From: Deltaproteobacteria bacterium RIFOXYA12_FULL_61_11
GTDB lineage: Bacteria; Bdellovibrionota_F; JAHFAK01; YA12-FULL-61-11
Reading direction: 5' to 3'
Assembly (NCBI GenBank): GCA_001799195.1
Contig: MGSU01000091.1
Span: 1-49,635 of the forward strand
Length of the DNA stretch: 49,635 bases
How positions within the stretch are numbered: the stretch's first letter is position 1; each line of letters opens with the position of its first letter. The notes below the pieces were generated by a model. The model was not told the origin of the DNA. It worked only from the letters and a program-made list of their open reading frames with translations, and made no database searches. Positions 30,687-41,157 of this stretch are shown here, in pieces. The position numbers and the translations under genes were made by a program.

Positions 30687-31454
30687 ATGGATACCATTTT
30701 CAATACTGCAGGTCGGCACACACTGCTCACAAAGATCGCCACCTTACTCGAGGCCAATGCCCACCGCTATATTCCCGGTAAAATCCTTCCTAGCATTATT
30801 CATGAACTCAACAATCAACTCAATATTATGGCCTTCGCTCTGGAACTCCTTGAAGACATGAACGTCGCTGGGGCAATATCCGATGAATCAGCCCGTAGAC
30901 AAACACAACTCGGCTATTGCACCTCTGCGCAAGAACGCATCTCCTCCCTACTCCGCGCCCTACGCGAGCTATCGCGTGAGCACCAAACTCGCCTGATAAC
31001 CTTCGACCTCGGTTCGGCCCTTGAAGAGCTTGTCCATCTCCTGTCCTGTTCTTATAAAGATCGCGTCGGTCTGACCCTTTGCCGTCGGGCAGCTATTCAG
31101 GTTTACGCCGATCCTGGGCAGGTGCGTAGAGCCGTGTTCGAACTCATCCTCAATGCTTTGGAGGTCTCTCCGAGCGGAAGCATTGTCGAGATACTCTCCG
31201 AACCGATCGCGCAACTGGCCGTGATTCGGATTGCCGATCGCGGTCCCGGGTATTCCGCTTCGCACGCCACCGAGAGCCCTCTCCACCTCGAGTCCCCGGA
31301 CCATCTCCATCTCGGCATGGGCCTTTGGTTGGCCCGGAAAACAGCCATGGAATACGGGGGTTCTGTCACTCTACACCAGCGACCGGACGGTGGTTCGGTC
31401 TGCACCTTTACCTTACCTCTCGTCTCCGCGGGAGAACCCACGAGAAGCGCTTGA
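30687..31454 (+). CDS. Cytoplasmic histidine kinase with no obvious sensor domain
   Basis: HELNNQL H-box, LILNALE, IADRGPG, GMGLWLA. Confidence 0.85.
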   Translation: MDTIFNTAGRHTLLTKIATLLEANAHRYIPGKILPSIIHELNNQLNIMAFALELLEDMNVAGAISDESARRQTQLGYCTSAQERISSLLRALRELSREHQTRLITFDLGSALEELVHLLSCSYKDRVGLTLCRRAAIQVYADPGQVRRAVFELILNALEVSPSGSIVEILSEPIAQLAVIRIADRGPGYSASHATESPLHLESPDHLHLGMGLWLARKTAMEYGGSVTLHQRPDGGSVCTFTLPLVSAGEPTRSA

Positions 31455-31479
31455 CCTCGACGGGTCTGCCCAGTATTCT
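31451..31479 (+). promoter_or_regulatory. sigma70-type promoter
   Basis: TTGACC-N17-TATTCT upstream of the response regulator. Confidence 0.45.
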
Positions 31480-31520
31480 GTTTCAAGTCCAGGATAGCTC
31501 GATATCCGAACGAGGTTGTC

Positions 31521-32003
31521 ATGAAAGATGGGAAATACTGTCTCCTTGCTATTGACGATGAACCCATCATCCTCGATCAGATCAAAAACGTCTTCAACGA
31601 CCTCTACTGTGTGTACACCACCGAAGATCCAGAAACAGCGCTTTCTCTGATCCGCGAAGGCATTGTCGACCTCGTCATCTGCGATCAACGCATGCCGAAG
31701 ATCAAGGGGGTCGAGCTGCTCGCTCAAATCAAACAACTCGATGAAGATGTCGTTCGCATCCTGCACACCGGTTATGCCGACCTCAACGTAGCCATTGATG
31801 CCGTCAATATCGGTTCTATCCACCGTTACGAATCAAAACCGGTCAATGTCAAGAACCTGCGACAGGTTATCAAGAACGAACTCGAGAAAGCGCAACACAG
31901 CAAGGATGCAAAAGAGAAGGCAGCTCAAATGGAGAATATGGAAACGATGCTCGACGAGATCGAATCCATTTTCGTCGACCCGGAGGAGAAATCAAAAGGA
32001 TGA
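31521..32003 (+). CDS. Response regulator receiver with short coiled-coil tail
   Basis: IDDE, VICDQRMP, LHTGY, KP. Confidence 0.9.
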   Translation: MKDGKYCLLAIDDEPIILDQIKNVFNDLYCVYTTEDPETALSLIREGIVDLVICDQRMPKIKGVELLAQIKQLDEDVVRILHTGYADLNVAIDAVNIGSIHRYESKPVNVKNLRQVIKNELEKAQHSKDAKEKAAQMENMETMLDEIESIFVDPEEKSKG

Positions 32004-32100
32004 GTTGACCTTTCCCCCCAGCAACCCTAGGTACCCCAGGAGCTTCTTTTCGGCTCGAATATTGCAAATACATTATACGCCAACGAACGAGGGCGTGATC

Positions 32101-34275
32101 ATGATGCGACGTAGGTCTTTGTTCTTCATTCTCTTCATTGCTTCATGCGAGATACTGGCCATGGCTGCACCAGCCACCCTCGATATCCCCAATCGTGCCC
32201 AAGTCTTCGTGAATACAGAGGCAATCAATGCTACCCTGCAACATCAATTGGTCGGAACCCCGCTGATCTTCGATCGCAAGACGGCTGGGACATACTGGTC
32301 GCATTTCGATGAAGCACTTACCCTAGATAATTCCACTTGCGATCAGCTAGAACTGGACCCATTTGCCCTTGAACTCGAACTCTCTGAGCTTACTCTAACC
32401 CAGATCCCCCATGAATCCGCTTTCAAGATCACCCTCGATATCGCTCGGATCGCTGCCTTGGGCCATCTCGTGGTTTCTGGTTGTCTTCCCTTCACCCTTG
32501 ACGACGATTTCACCGCCTCTATTGAGAACACCTCGGTCATCGCCGCAGTGTCACCCCAAATCCTCGATGGCACACTAACCATGAAGTTGGTGGGGAAACC
32601 CTCGATCAAGCTGGGGAAGATCAAGGTCGATTTCGACAAGGTGTGGAACGGACTGGAAGCTGTGTTGAATACCGTAATTTCCCTGCTTTCCCGCTCAGTT
32701 CTTCATGTGATCGAAGGTCGTCTTGTGCTAAAAGTTGCCGAATCCCTAGTTGGTATCTCCCTCCCCGTCGCTACCCACCTTGAAGACAAAAATCCATTTG
32801 GATTCGGCGAAGGGGGGGTAGCCTACACCTTCGACGCTTCGATCGATGCGATCCGCCCGTTGAATACTGGGATTGCGGTTGACGCTGATTTTCTGGTCAG
32901 TCTGGACCTTGCGCCGAGCGATTGCGCAATCGACCCGTCGGTCCCTCCCCGCCATAACAAGAGCAACTTCCCGACGAGAGCCTCGATCGATAACGCCAGC
33001 AGTCATCTCGCCCTTTCCATCCCCGATGGGCTTGTCAACGATGTACTCTACGAGTTCTGGCGCTCTGGACAACTCTGTATCACCAAGACCAAGGTGGACC
33101 CGATCTTCCAAAGCCACCTCAACGTGATCTTGCGAGATCTTGCAGACCTCTTGAAGATCAACCTCGTGCTATACTCCCCTCCTTTGCTCCGCTTCGGCAC
33201 CTCCAAGTACGATGGCATTGTCATCGAGTTGCGCGAGGTTGATTTGGTACTCGATTTCCAACCCGCCCTGACAGAACGTGAACTCTATGAACTCGGTATT
33301 AAACGGCTCCGACTGAAAGGAGATTTCGATCTCTACACCTCCCTGCGCATCGATAAGGCCCATAATGTGTTAAAAGTGGCCGTTGATCACGTAGAGGTCG
33401 TCGAATTGACCCTCGAGCACAATGGAGAACAGCTTACCGGCTCAAGCGGCTTTTCACCGTCCGAACTTACCGACTATCTCATCCATCACATTCTACCCAT
33501 GATCGGAGAGAAAATCGCAGAGGCTCCTCTCTTCCCTCCCACAATCTTCCCTGTAACCGACGGTTTTTTCCTCGCTCTCGACGAGGTCGTGCCGCGCGGC
33601 TCATACCTCAATGTCTTCCTTTCCTTGCTTTGGGCAGGTGATCCGGCCGTAGACAATTTCGCACCGAACACCGAGATTCTCGGTTTCGTGGACGATTTTG
33701 GGTTGTCCTGTATCGACCTCGATCCCTCTTTCTCGTCCTCGACCCAAGAAGATGCACCGGTTTTTATCGACGGAGAAGCCGAGCCTCAGACAGCAACGGT
33801 ACAACCCTCGAACATCCCTCCTGCAGCTCGTCACCTATGTACCTCATCGATACGCTTCGAGGTTGCAGGCAGCGATGAACGAAACTCTCCGCTGTTATAC
33901 GAATATCTCGTCCTCCAATGCTCTCGCTCCGGGCAATCACCTTCCGAAGACGTACTGACCGTGGACTGTACCCGTACTATCGACCTCGAAGACCTCAAGA
34001 ACAGTGGGGATCTGAGCTGGCAAACCTCTGCCGAACAGGAAATCATGCTTTCCTCGCTCTCGCCCGGAGAGGACTACCTCTTCTTGGTTCGCGCAAAAGA
34101 CAGCAATCACAATGTCGACGAAACCCCTTCCAGCGTGATGTTCAGCATGGATGAGGCTCAGAGTTCTGGATGTTCGATGCATCCCATTCCAGGATCCTCA
34201 GGCCGGAGCACTGCACTTCTCGGCTTCATCCTCGTTGTATGGTATATCTGGAGACGAGTTCGTCAAAGAGCCTGA
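32101..34275 (+). CDS. Large secreted protein, BPI/LBP-like N-terminal region, Ig/FN3-like domain and MYXO-CTERM-like anchor
   Basis: Signal peptide at MMRRRSL; long amphipathic strand/helix pattern; LALSIPDGLVNDVLYEFWRSG; FLVRAKD..NVDETP; SSGCS...TM...RRVRQR. Confidence 0.7.
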   Translation: MMRRRSLFFILFIASCEILAMAAPATLDIPNRAQVFVNTEAINATLQHQLVGTPLIFDRKTAGTYWSHFDEALTLDNSTCDQLELDPFALELELSELTLTQIPHESAFKITLDIARIAALGHLVVSGCLPFTLDDDFTASIENTSVIAAVSPQILDGTLTMKLVGKPSIKLGKIKVDFDKVWNGLEAVLNTVISLLSRSVLHVIEGRLVLKVAESLVGISLPVATHLEDKNPFGFGEGGVAYTFDASIDAIRPLNTGIAVDADFLVSLDLAPSDCAIDPSVPPRHNKSNFPTRASIDNASSHLALSIPDGLVNDVLYEFWRSGQLCITKTKVDPIFQSHLNVILRDLADLLKINLVLYSPPLLRFGTSKYDGIVIELREVDLVLDFQPALTERELYELGIKRLRLKGDFDLYTSLRIDKAHNVLKVAVDHVEVVELTLEHNGEQLTGSSGFSPSELTDYLIHHILPMIGEKIAEAPLFPPTIFPVTDGFFLALDEVVPRGSYLNVFLSLLWAGDPAVDNFAPNTEILGFVDDFGLSCIDLDPSFSSSTQEDAPVFIDGEAEPQTATVQPSNIPPAARHLCTSSIRFEVAGSDERNSPLLYEYLVLQCSRSGQSPSEDVLTVDCTRTIDLEDLKNSGDLSWQTSAEQEIMLSSLSPGEDYLFLVRAKDSNHNVDETPSSVMFSMDEAQSSGCSMHPIPGSSGRSTALLGFILVVWYIWRRVRQRA

Positions 34276-34286
34276 ATATTTTCAGA

Positions 34287-35372
34287 TCAATCAGTTAGTC
34301 CTACTGCTCCCCGTGTATAGAGTACCACTATGCTCCTACCATCCCGCATCAAAGGGGATTCATCGGTCTGAACCCTGGCATTTCCACCTCGGGGATCGAT
34401 ATAGGCCGAAGAACGATATCCTTGGAAATCCTCGACCTCGTTGAAGCCTCGAATTCCAAAACCGATACGAGCACCAAGCGATTGAAAATACTCGTTTAAG
34501 TTCTCGTGCCTCGTTGTCTTGAGCACTTCGTGCCGCCCGACCTGAAGGGAAAAAACACATTTGTCGTGCCCTGCAGCATCAATCTCAACGAACACGGAGA
34601 TATTGATCGCTCCCAGTAAACTCTCGGGAAAATAGAGGAAGGAATCTCGCAAGAGCCTCTGACAGAGGGCAAGCATCATCAGGAACCAATTTTGGGCTTC
34701 CTCGCCTCGACCAGGAACAGTTCCTCCCGCTAAGAGAATGTTGAGAACTCGCTCGTGTGCTGGAGCGACCAAGGCATGGACTGGGGAAGGGGTCGGGCTC
34801 TTCGCAAGAAGTAATTCGAGACGTTCAAGGAACAGATCTTCATCTCCCCTCAAAAAGAGTCGTTCGATTTCGATCCTGTTCCTCTCACGCTCTTTGAATT
34901 TTTGCACGGTTTCCCGGTACTTGAGTTTATGGATGCGGATGGCCTCATTGACCTCCTGTACCATTTGCACTTCCATCACCGCTTTCATCGATCGATTCCG
35001 CAGTAGATGGGCGACCAACCAGAAAAGGTCGATATTGAACAAGATTCCCCCAGAACCGAGCAAACCCAGGAATACCGGGTCATCCGCTCCGTCCGGTCCA
35101 AGGAATGGTGCAAGTATCATGAGGATAATGCTCACGAGGAGCACGGCGAGAAAACCGATAACAAAAATGAGCGTTCGCCGCCGTCTAAAAACCAAATATT
35201 TCTCTTTTATATCATCAACATCCAAAGGAGCCATGGGTTCAGGTTTTCGCTCTTCCTGAGCTTCTTGCCAATCGACAGGCACTCGGAGAGCCCCCCTGAG
35301 CAATTCGCTCTTGGCTGCAGCTAACCCCTGCCCGAGATCGAGAACCGTCTCGAGTTCAATTCGATGTCTCAT
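34287..35372 (-). CDS. Hypothetical two-TM membrane protein
   Basis: Two TMs then a coiled coil; ATGA overlap with the PilZ gene. Confidence 0.7.
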   Translation of the reverse strand: MRHRIELETVLDLGQGLAAAKSELLRGALRVPVDWQEAQEERKPEPMAPLDVDDIKEKYLVFRRRRTLIFVIGFLAVLLVSIILMILAPFLGPDGADDPVFLGLLGSGGILFNIDLFWLVAHLLRNRSMKAVMEVQMVQEVNEAIRIHKLKYRETVQKFKERERNRIEIERLFLRGDEDLFLERLELLLAKSPTPSPVHALVAPAHERVLNILLAGGTVPGRGEEAQNWFLMMLALCQRLLRDSFLYFPESLLGAINISVFVEIDAAGHDKCVFSLQVGRHEVLKTTRHENLNEYFQSLGARIGFGIRGFNEVEDFQGYRSSAYIDPRGGNARVQTDESPLMRDGRSIVVLYTRGAVGLTD

Positions 35373-35761
35373 GCTACTCCTCGCGAGGCTCTCAATTGGC
35401 TCAATAATATAGCAATCTGTTTCTCTTGATCCTCGTCCAGGGCAAGAAAACGAATACCCATTCCGCGGAAATCCTCTCCCTCATCTTCTATCCGTAGGTT
35501 TGCGACCACTCCTTTCACCCTTAGTTTCTCTTCCCCACCTGGTAGGTTTATTTCAAGCTGCACCTCGGTATCCAGGGGTAGGGGCAACCGTTTCTCAAGA
35601 AAAATCCCTCTTGCGCTTATATTGGTCGAATAATGAAGGTAGCGGGCTTCATCGGTTGCTTCTTCAACCCAGATGTTGACGGAGGTCCTGAACGCACTGC
35701 GACGGTCCTGGCACCGCCGATCCTGTTCGACCGGAAGATTGCGGGTTCTTCGATCGTTCAT
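35369..35761 (-). CDS. PilZ domain protein (myxobacterial TIGR02266-like)
   Basis: DRRSAFR and NISARGIF motifs, GMGIRF. Confidence 0.85.
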   Translation of the reverse strand: MNDRRTRNLPVEQDRRCQDRRSAFRTSVNIWVEEATDEARYLHYSTNISARGIFLEKRLPLPLDTEVQLEINLPGGEEKLRVKGVVANLRIEDEGEDFRGMGIRFLALDEDQEKQIAILLSQLRASRGVA

Positions 35762-36705
35762 TGCGCATCTCCTCCTTTTACCCTACTTGCCGTTATTGAT
35801 CTCAACAACTGCCCATCGAGGGGACAGGATCGAAGATACGGTCGATACCGGCGCAAGCATAGAGGGCATTCGAGTAGCCCCGGGTCATCCTGAGAGCTTT
35901 TAACCAGACGAGATTGTAGCTCGTGCAAGGCGGCAACATTGGCCGTGGTTCGTGCTGGTCCTGGGGTGGAGAGTGCTAGCTCGAGAACTGCTTCAGCCGA
36001 CCTCCGATAACGAATCTGTCCTGTGTAATCTCCCAGAGCGGCCATTCTTTGTACCAACAGTTCGAACAGAGCGAAGCAATCCACTTGTCCGGTTGCAAGT
36101 TCGAGATGCCCTGGCGCAAAGTTCCTATGGAGGATCCGCTCGAGGATAGCAGCAAGTGCTCGCACGCGGGTCTCCCGCACCAACTTCTCGTACTCCGTCT
36201 GGTCGATTGGCTCTCCGTAGAGCACACGGGATTGTTCCTCGCCCATCCTAACAAGTCGGAGGTCGAGAACGAGCGTGATTTCTATAGCATCGCCAAGTGG
36301 TTCCTTCAATAGCTTTTGTACTGTTCTCTCCAAGCTCTCCGCAGCAGCAAGACAGGTGAGATTTTCTCGAGCCAGGGCAGACTCGAACCATCTTCGAGCA
36401 GTTTGGTTTTCTGGTTCTCGGATTCGCTGCTGTCCGGTCATCAGCATGGATGATAGCTGCAGAGCTTGCGCTTCTTGCGTCAACCCCAGTAGAATCAGCC
36501 CAATTCTGGTTCCATCCTGGAAGAATCGCGGTCCTTGCGTGAGGATCAATCCTAACGCTTGTTCAGCCGTCGCAAGATTCCCCTGCCCGAGAGCTTCCAG
36601 CCCACGAGCTTGAAAATCGAGCGGCGAACGCTGGGGTAAAGCGAACGTGGAACAAGGTAGAACACACCCGAAACACCAGAGGAAAAGCAACCCGAGCCGG
36701 ATCAT
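35758..36705 (-). CDS. Hypothetical exported protein with C-terminal CPxC...CPxDG motif
   Basis: Signal peptide, helical body, CPLC..Y.....CPLDG..L; ATGA coupling on both sides. Confidence 0.65.
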   Translation of the reverse strand: MIRLGLLFLWCFGCVLPCSTFALPQRSPLDFQARGLEALGQGNLATAEQALGLILTQGPRFFQDGTRIGLILLGLTQEAQALQLSSMLMTGQQRIREPENQTARRWFESALARENLTCLAAAESLERTVQKLLKEPLGDAIEITLVLDLRLVRMGEEQSRVLYGEPIDQTEYEKLVRETRVRALAAILERILHRNFAPGHLELATGQVDCFALFELLVQRMAALGDYTGQIRYRRSAEAVLELALSTPGPARTTANVAALHELQSRLVKSSQDDPGLLECPLCLRRYRPYLRSCPLDGQLLRSITASRVKGGDAQ

Positions 36706-38549
36706 TGTAAATGCATCTCGCGTAACTTGCGCAGAACCAACTCGAGTCGTTCGAGGGTTCCCCGAAGCTGGCCGACCCCCTCAGCCAAAACCTCGAAGAT
36801 TTCCCCGATGGCAGCATCCCGCCCCCTGTTCTGTATTGAGGGGGAAGCTCCTGCGAAAGACTCTTGGTCCAACTCGACCTCGTCCGTTGTGCGCTCTGTT
36901 CTTGTTTCCTGCAATCCCTCCAATAGACTCAGCGTAGCAGCACCCCTGCTTACTCTAGGTTCAGGTAGAATCTTTCGGGTAGAGGGGGGATCTTCTTGAG
37001 CAGGATCCAAGCCTGGAAACAGGGGTTCTTCCTCGAATGCCAGATTCTCGATCTCTTCCCCTCCGTTCTCTCCTCGGAAAGCCTCATCTATAAGCTCGTC
37101 CTCTTCAGAGTTGTGATCATCTCCCGCCCAAGGCCCTTCGACCTCGACTGAGTTACCCGTGCCCTCTGATGAATCGTCTTGGATTTCTCCTAATTCTTCG
37201 GGTAACGCAGCAACTGCCTCCTCCAACTCGAAGGTGAGACTAACGTCATTATCTTCCACTTCAACCGATTCTCCGTGGTTCCTTGGTCCTACCCTCAAAC
37301 CGTCGCTTATCTCTTTCTCGGTACTCTCAACCTCGTCGTCGAGCACTGGTCCTTCACTCACTTCTCTTTCGAGGATTACGTCTCCTTTTTCTTCTGAGTG
37401 AAAAAGTGGTTCTAGATCGAACACTACTACACCCTGTGCAACGTCTTCTTCTGACACTTCCTCATCGACAATCTTCATTTTCCCGCTTGCTGCTGCTCCG
37501 CTCGAAGGGAGGTCGCATTCAAGATCACCTCCTACTAAGGTCTGACCTTCGAGTGCGGCGAATTCTTGCTCGAGTTCTTCAGAAGAGAGTTCTCGTTCCA
37601 GGGCTTCTTGATTGACTAACTCCGCGCTCGAAATACCCGTCAAATCGTCGAGATCGACATCATCTTCTTCATCAGAAAAGGTTGGTGGAGTGATCCCTCG
37701 TGTTTCTCCTTCATCATCATCTTCAAAGATCTCGCCGGACAAAATCTTGCCCTCTTCGGCTGTTAATTCCTCTTCCGGCATCGGTTCCGCTCCGAGGTGT
37801 GAAACCTCGGACAGATCGTCTAGATCATCAAGGGCAAGGCCTTCAGCCTTGCTCCGAGAGAGGACATCTTTTGACCTCGGCGCTGAGAGTTCAGTAACCT
37901 CTTCATCCCCGATGAAAGAAATATCCTGTTCCTCGAGATCCTCGAGCACAACCATCCCTGGCTTGCTCTTCCTCCTCTCTGGTATCAACTCCTCCTCAAC
38001 CTCTGTCGCTTCGGCAAATGCACCTTCTTGGTCTTCGGCGGTAAATTCAGCCGGTATTGTTTCGTCAACTTCCTCCTCCGAAAAGAGAATTTCACCAGCC
38101 CTTTTAATCGCAATTTCGGTGGTCTCCGCCTTTCCGAGAAACAACACATCGTCTTCGTCTTGACCCTTCCAACCGAGCAGGGTCTCAAGAGTTAAATCGA
38201 GATCCTCGGCTCCTACTGGTTTATGCAGATAGTAATCGGCCCGAGCCTTCAACTTCTTGTGGCTGATAAAAGTCTCCTCCGAGGCTACTTTTGAGGTGAT
38301 GACGAGCGGAATATCCTTGAATTGTTCGTTATTTTTCAGTTTTTTGCAGATAAAAAACCCGTTCACTGTGTCTAGTTCTGCACACAAAAAGATGAGGTCC
38401 GGCAGTGCATCCGCTCGAGACTTGAGCTGTTCGATAGCCTCTAGTCCATCCCTAGATATCAAGGTTGTGATCTTTCTCTCCTCGAGAAGCTCTTCGAGTT
38501 CGGCCAGGGAGATCTCGTCTTGGTCGATCAGCATCACGGTCCTATTCAT
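36702..38549 (-). CDS. FrzS-like pseudo-receiver protein with long acidic linker and C-terminal coiled coil
   Basis: PDLIFLCAEL (no phospho-Asp), NGFFICKKLK, HKKLKARADYYLHKPV resembling the FrzS receiver. Confidence 0.75.
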   Translation of the reverse strand: MNRTVMLIDQDEISLAELEELLEERKITTLISRDGLEAIEQLKSRADALPDLIFLCAELDTVNGFFICKKLKNNEQFKDIPLVITSKVASEETFISHKKLKARADYYLHKPVGAEDLDLTLETLLGWKGQDEDDVLFLGKAETTEIAIKRAGEILFSEEEVDETIPAEFTAEDQEGAFAEATEVEEELIPERRKSKPGMVVLEDLEEQDISFIGDEEVTELSAPRSKDVLSRSKAEGLALDDLDDLSEVSHLGAEPMPEEELTAEEGKILSGEIFEDDDEGETRGITPPTFSDEEDDVDLDDLTGISSAELVNQEALERELSSEELEQEFAALEGQTLVGGDLECDLPSSGAAASGKMKIVDEEVSEEDVAQGVVVFDLEPLFHSEEKGDVILEREVSEGPVLDDEVESTEKEISDGLRVGPRNHGESVEVEDNDVSLTFELEEAVAALPEELGEIQDDSSEGTGNSVEVEGPWAGDDHNSEEDELIDEAFRGENGGEEIENLAFEEEPLFPGLDPAQEDPPSTRKILPEPRVSRGAATLSLLEGLQETRTERTTDEVELDQESFAGASPSIQNRGRDAAIGEIFEVLAEGVGQLRGTLERLELVLRKLREMHLQ

Positions 38550-38579
38550 GCGTCCCTCTCTCCTTTTCCAAGTCTTACC

Positions 38580-40193
38580 TCATCCTCCCGAATTCGGGCG
38601 ATAGGTCAGGACTGAGCCTACGGCCACAAGGTGCCGGTTCAGTAGCCTATCCTTGTCCATACTCCATAAACCATAGCCGAGATCAATCTCCAACAGCAAA
38701 CCGGGCTGCCATTCCAGGGTCCATCGTGAACAACCCCCGCGCATGACAATCTCCCCTGTCCGTTCGAGGAACCCGGAGCGTCCGAGAAAACCTTCACCTG
38801 TCTGTACCACGAAAGGATCACCAGCGTGCCGTTCGTGGAACAACCATCCAACCACACGGGCCTCAGGCCGCAAGTGAAACCGTACCGTCAACCGATATCC
38901 CATCGCTGCAGGACCCAGGGATGACCCGAGAATTCTGCTATCGGCAGTGAATCCCGAGAGATGGAGTTGATGCCCATACAGTCCTGGAGAGGTCCTGACG
39001 ATCTCTGCACCGACCTCTACTGTGCCACGGACAAGAAGGTTTGCCAAATTACCCCCAAGACCATAAGATAGTGATTCCGGTCTGGAGAAAGGAAACGCTT
39101 CCTTCCCATCGGCAGGAATGGGAGAAGCTAACTCTCCGTAGAACGTGAGCATGCGAAGGAAATCCACCCTACCGTCCAAGCCCGCGATAGCGGGACTGAG
39201 AGCATACCCCTCATCATTCGTTGCAATATCTCCTACCAGGTCCCCAAGTCCTTGTCTAAACGAATATTCCGGAGAACCTTGCCCTCCAATGAGTTGAATT
39301 CTGCCCAAACCCAGTTCCAGGGCTCGCCCCGGCTTCCAGGAGCATTTCACACCGAGGATGCGACTTTGAGGATACCGCCAACGTTCCCCAGGTAGTGTTG
39401 CGAGAAAAGCAGTATACCGCACCAGACCGAGCCCGAACCCTTGAATCGGTACATCGTTACCAAGGATGATAAGCGGCCATCCGAACGGATTCCCCAACGC
39501 TTCATCACTGGTATCAAGTAGAAGCCCCCCACTCTCCAATTGCCCCCAGGCTAGGTTCTCTCTACCAATAATCAGGACATGCCCCCAGAGATTGAAACGC
39601 AGATGAGCTCGGCGTAACGCAACCGTGAAATCAAGATTCTCTTCTCGTGGTACTCTCCAGGCTAGCCGGGGTTCCAAAATTATCTCAAATAGTTCTAACA
39701 CATTGAACCAGATCGTTGTTTCAAAACCAAAAGCAGTCCCCAGTATGGGATGAACTCCATGCCCGTGCTCCGACATGGGATCGATGAGGGCTTCGACGAA
39801 TCCCGGATGATTGGTCAACGGGGCTTGTCTGTAGGAGGCATCGATCCGGACATCAAGAGTGCGTAAGAAGATCCGTTGGCGAGTCTCAGCTTTACTGCCG
39901 TCTGCATTGAAGTTCTCGAACTCAGCACGGTATTGTTCCACCATGCTTCGCAACAAGGCATCATGGTAGGCAACCAATTCAGCAGGTATTTCGATCCGCC
40001 CATGAAACGCCTCTTCTAAAAGCCGCGCGGTATAGAGCCGAGATATTGGCCGCTGCCCATGTATGTAGGAGGAAAGGGTTCCCAGGGTCTGGAGCTGTCG
40101 TAACCGCTCAAGATGATCATCTTCCAGCGCCAAGTCGGCAGCGAATAGCGTGTAACCAGAAAGGTACACCACTGCCGCAAACAGTGATCTCAC
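38580..40193 (-). CDS. Capsule assembly Wzi-family outer-membrane beta-barrel
   Basis: Signal peptide, RPISR, IGRE.LAWG....GGLLL, LELGLGR...GG.G, LGSSLGP. Confidence 0.75.
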   Translation of the reverse strand: MRSLFAAVVYLSGYTLFAADLALEDDHLERLRQLQTLGTLSSYIHGQRPISRLYTARLLEEAFHGRIEIPAELVAYHDALLRSMVEQYRAEFENFNADGSKAETRQRIFLRTLDVRIDASYRQAPLTNHPGFVEALIDPMSEHGHGVHPILGTAFGFETTIWFNVLELFEIILEPRLAWRVPREENLDFTVALRRAHLRFNLWGHVLIIGRENLAWGQLESGGLLLDTSDEALGNPFGWPLIILGNDVPIQGFGLGLVRYTAFLATLPGERWRYPQSRILGVKCSWKPGRALELGLGRIQLIGGQGSPEYSFRQGLGDLVGDIATNDEGYALSPAIAGLDGRVDFLRMLTFYGELASPIPADGKEAFPFSRPESLSYGLGGNLANLLVRGTVEVGAEIVRTSPGLYGHQLHLSGFTADSRILGSSLGPAAMGYRLTVRFHLRPEARVVGWLFHERHAGDPFVVQTGEGFLGRSGFLERTGEIVMRGGCSRWTLEWQPGLLLEIDLGYGLWSMDKDRLLNRHLVAVGSVLTYRPNSGG

Positions 40194-41122
40194 GATCTTA
40201 GTTTCCCACGGAAAAACGCGATCGTTCGTTCCAAACCTTCTTCAACAGCGACAAGCGGCTCGTACCCTAAGACTGAACGAGCTACACCAAGATCCGGCTG
40301 CCGTCTGGTCGGGTCATCTTTGGGTAAAGGTAAGCGTTGTATTTTTGACCGAGAATCGGTCATACGTAAGATCAGTTCAGCCAACTCGAGAATGGTCCTC
40401 TCATCATCATTGCCGAGATTAACAGGTCCTTTCAGCGTTGGGTGATCCATTGCTTGAATCATACCCCGTATAAGATCATCAACATAACAGAACGACCGGG
40501 TTTGGTTGCCTTCACCATAAATGGTGAGGTCTTCCCCACGTAAAGCTTGAACAATGAAATTGCTGATAACCCTTCCGTCATCTTCTGCCATACGCGGACC
40601 ATAGGTATTAAAAATTCTGATTACCCGGATGTCCACGCCGCTGTTACGATGATAATCAAACATGAGGGTCTCGGCCACCCGTTTGCCTTCATCGTAACAA
40701 CTCCTCGGCCCTATCGGATTAACATTGCCCCAATAACTCTCGACCTGGGGGTGGACGAGTGGATCTCCGTAAACCTCGCTGGTCGACGCCTGAAGCACGG
40801 TAGCCCCAACACGTTTGGCAATACCGAGCATATGCAGGGTTCCGAGGATGTTGGTCTTGATAGTTTTTACCGGATTGTGCTGATAGTGGTGCGGGGAAGC
40901 GGGACAGGCCAGGTTGTATATCTGGTCAACCTCAAGCAGAATAGGCTCGACGATATCATGCCGTACAATTTCAAAGCCCGACCACTCGAAGAGATGGGCA
41001 ATATTGCTTTTCTTGCCAGTGAAGAAATTGTCCAGACAGATGACCTCATATCCCCGTTGTAAAAGGGTTTCGCAAAGATGAGACCCCAGGAATCCTGCTC
41101 CTCCTGTCACTAATACTCGCAT
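40190..41122 (-). CDS. uxs: UDP-glucuronate decarboxylase (UDP-xylose synthase)
   Basis: [45 protein letters not shown]. Confidence 0.93.
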   Translation of the reverse strand: MRVLVTGGAGFLGSHLCETLLQRGYEVICLDNFFTGKKSNIAHLFEWSGFEIVRHDIVEPILLEVDQIYNLACPASPHHYQHNPVKTIKTNILGTLHMLGIAKRVGATVLQASTSEVYGDPLVHPQVESYWGNVNPIGPRSCYDEGKRVAETLMFDYHRNSGVDIRVIRIFNTYGPRMAEDDGRVISNFIVQALRGEDLTIYGEGNQTRSFCYVDDLIRGMIQAMDHPTLKGPVNLGNDDERTILELAELILRMTDSRSKIQRLPLPKDDPTRRQPDLGVARSVLGYEPLVAVEEGLERTIAFFRGKLRS

Positions 41123-41157
41123 CAAACTCCCTCCTGTTTCATACAATCTGTCCGCTC

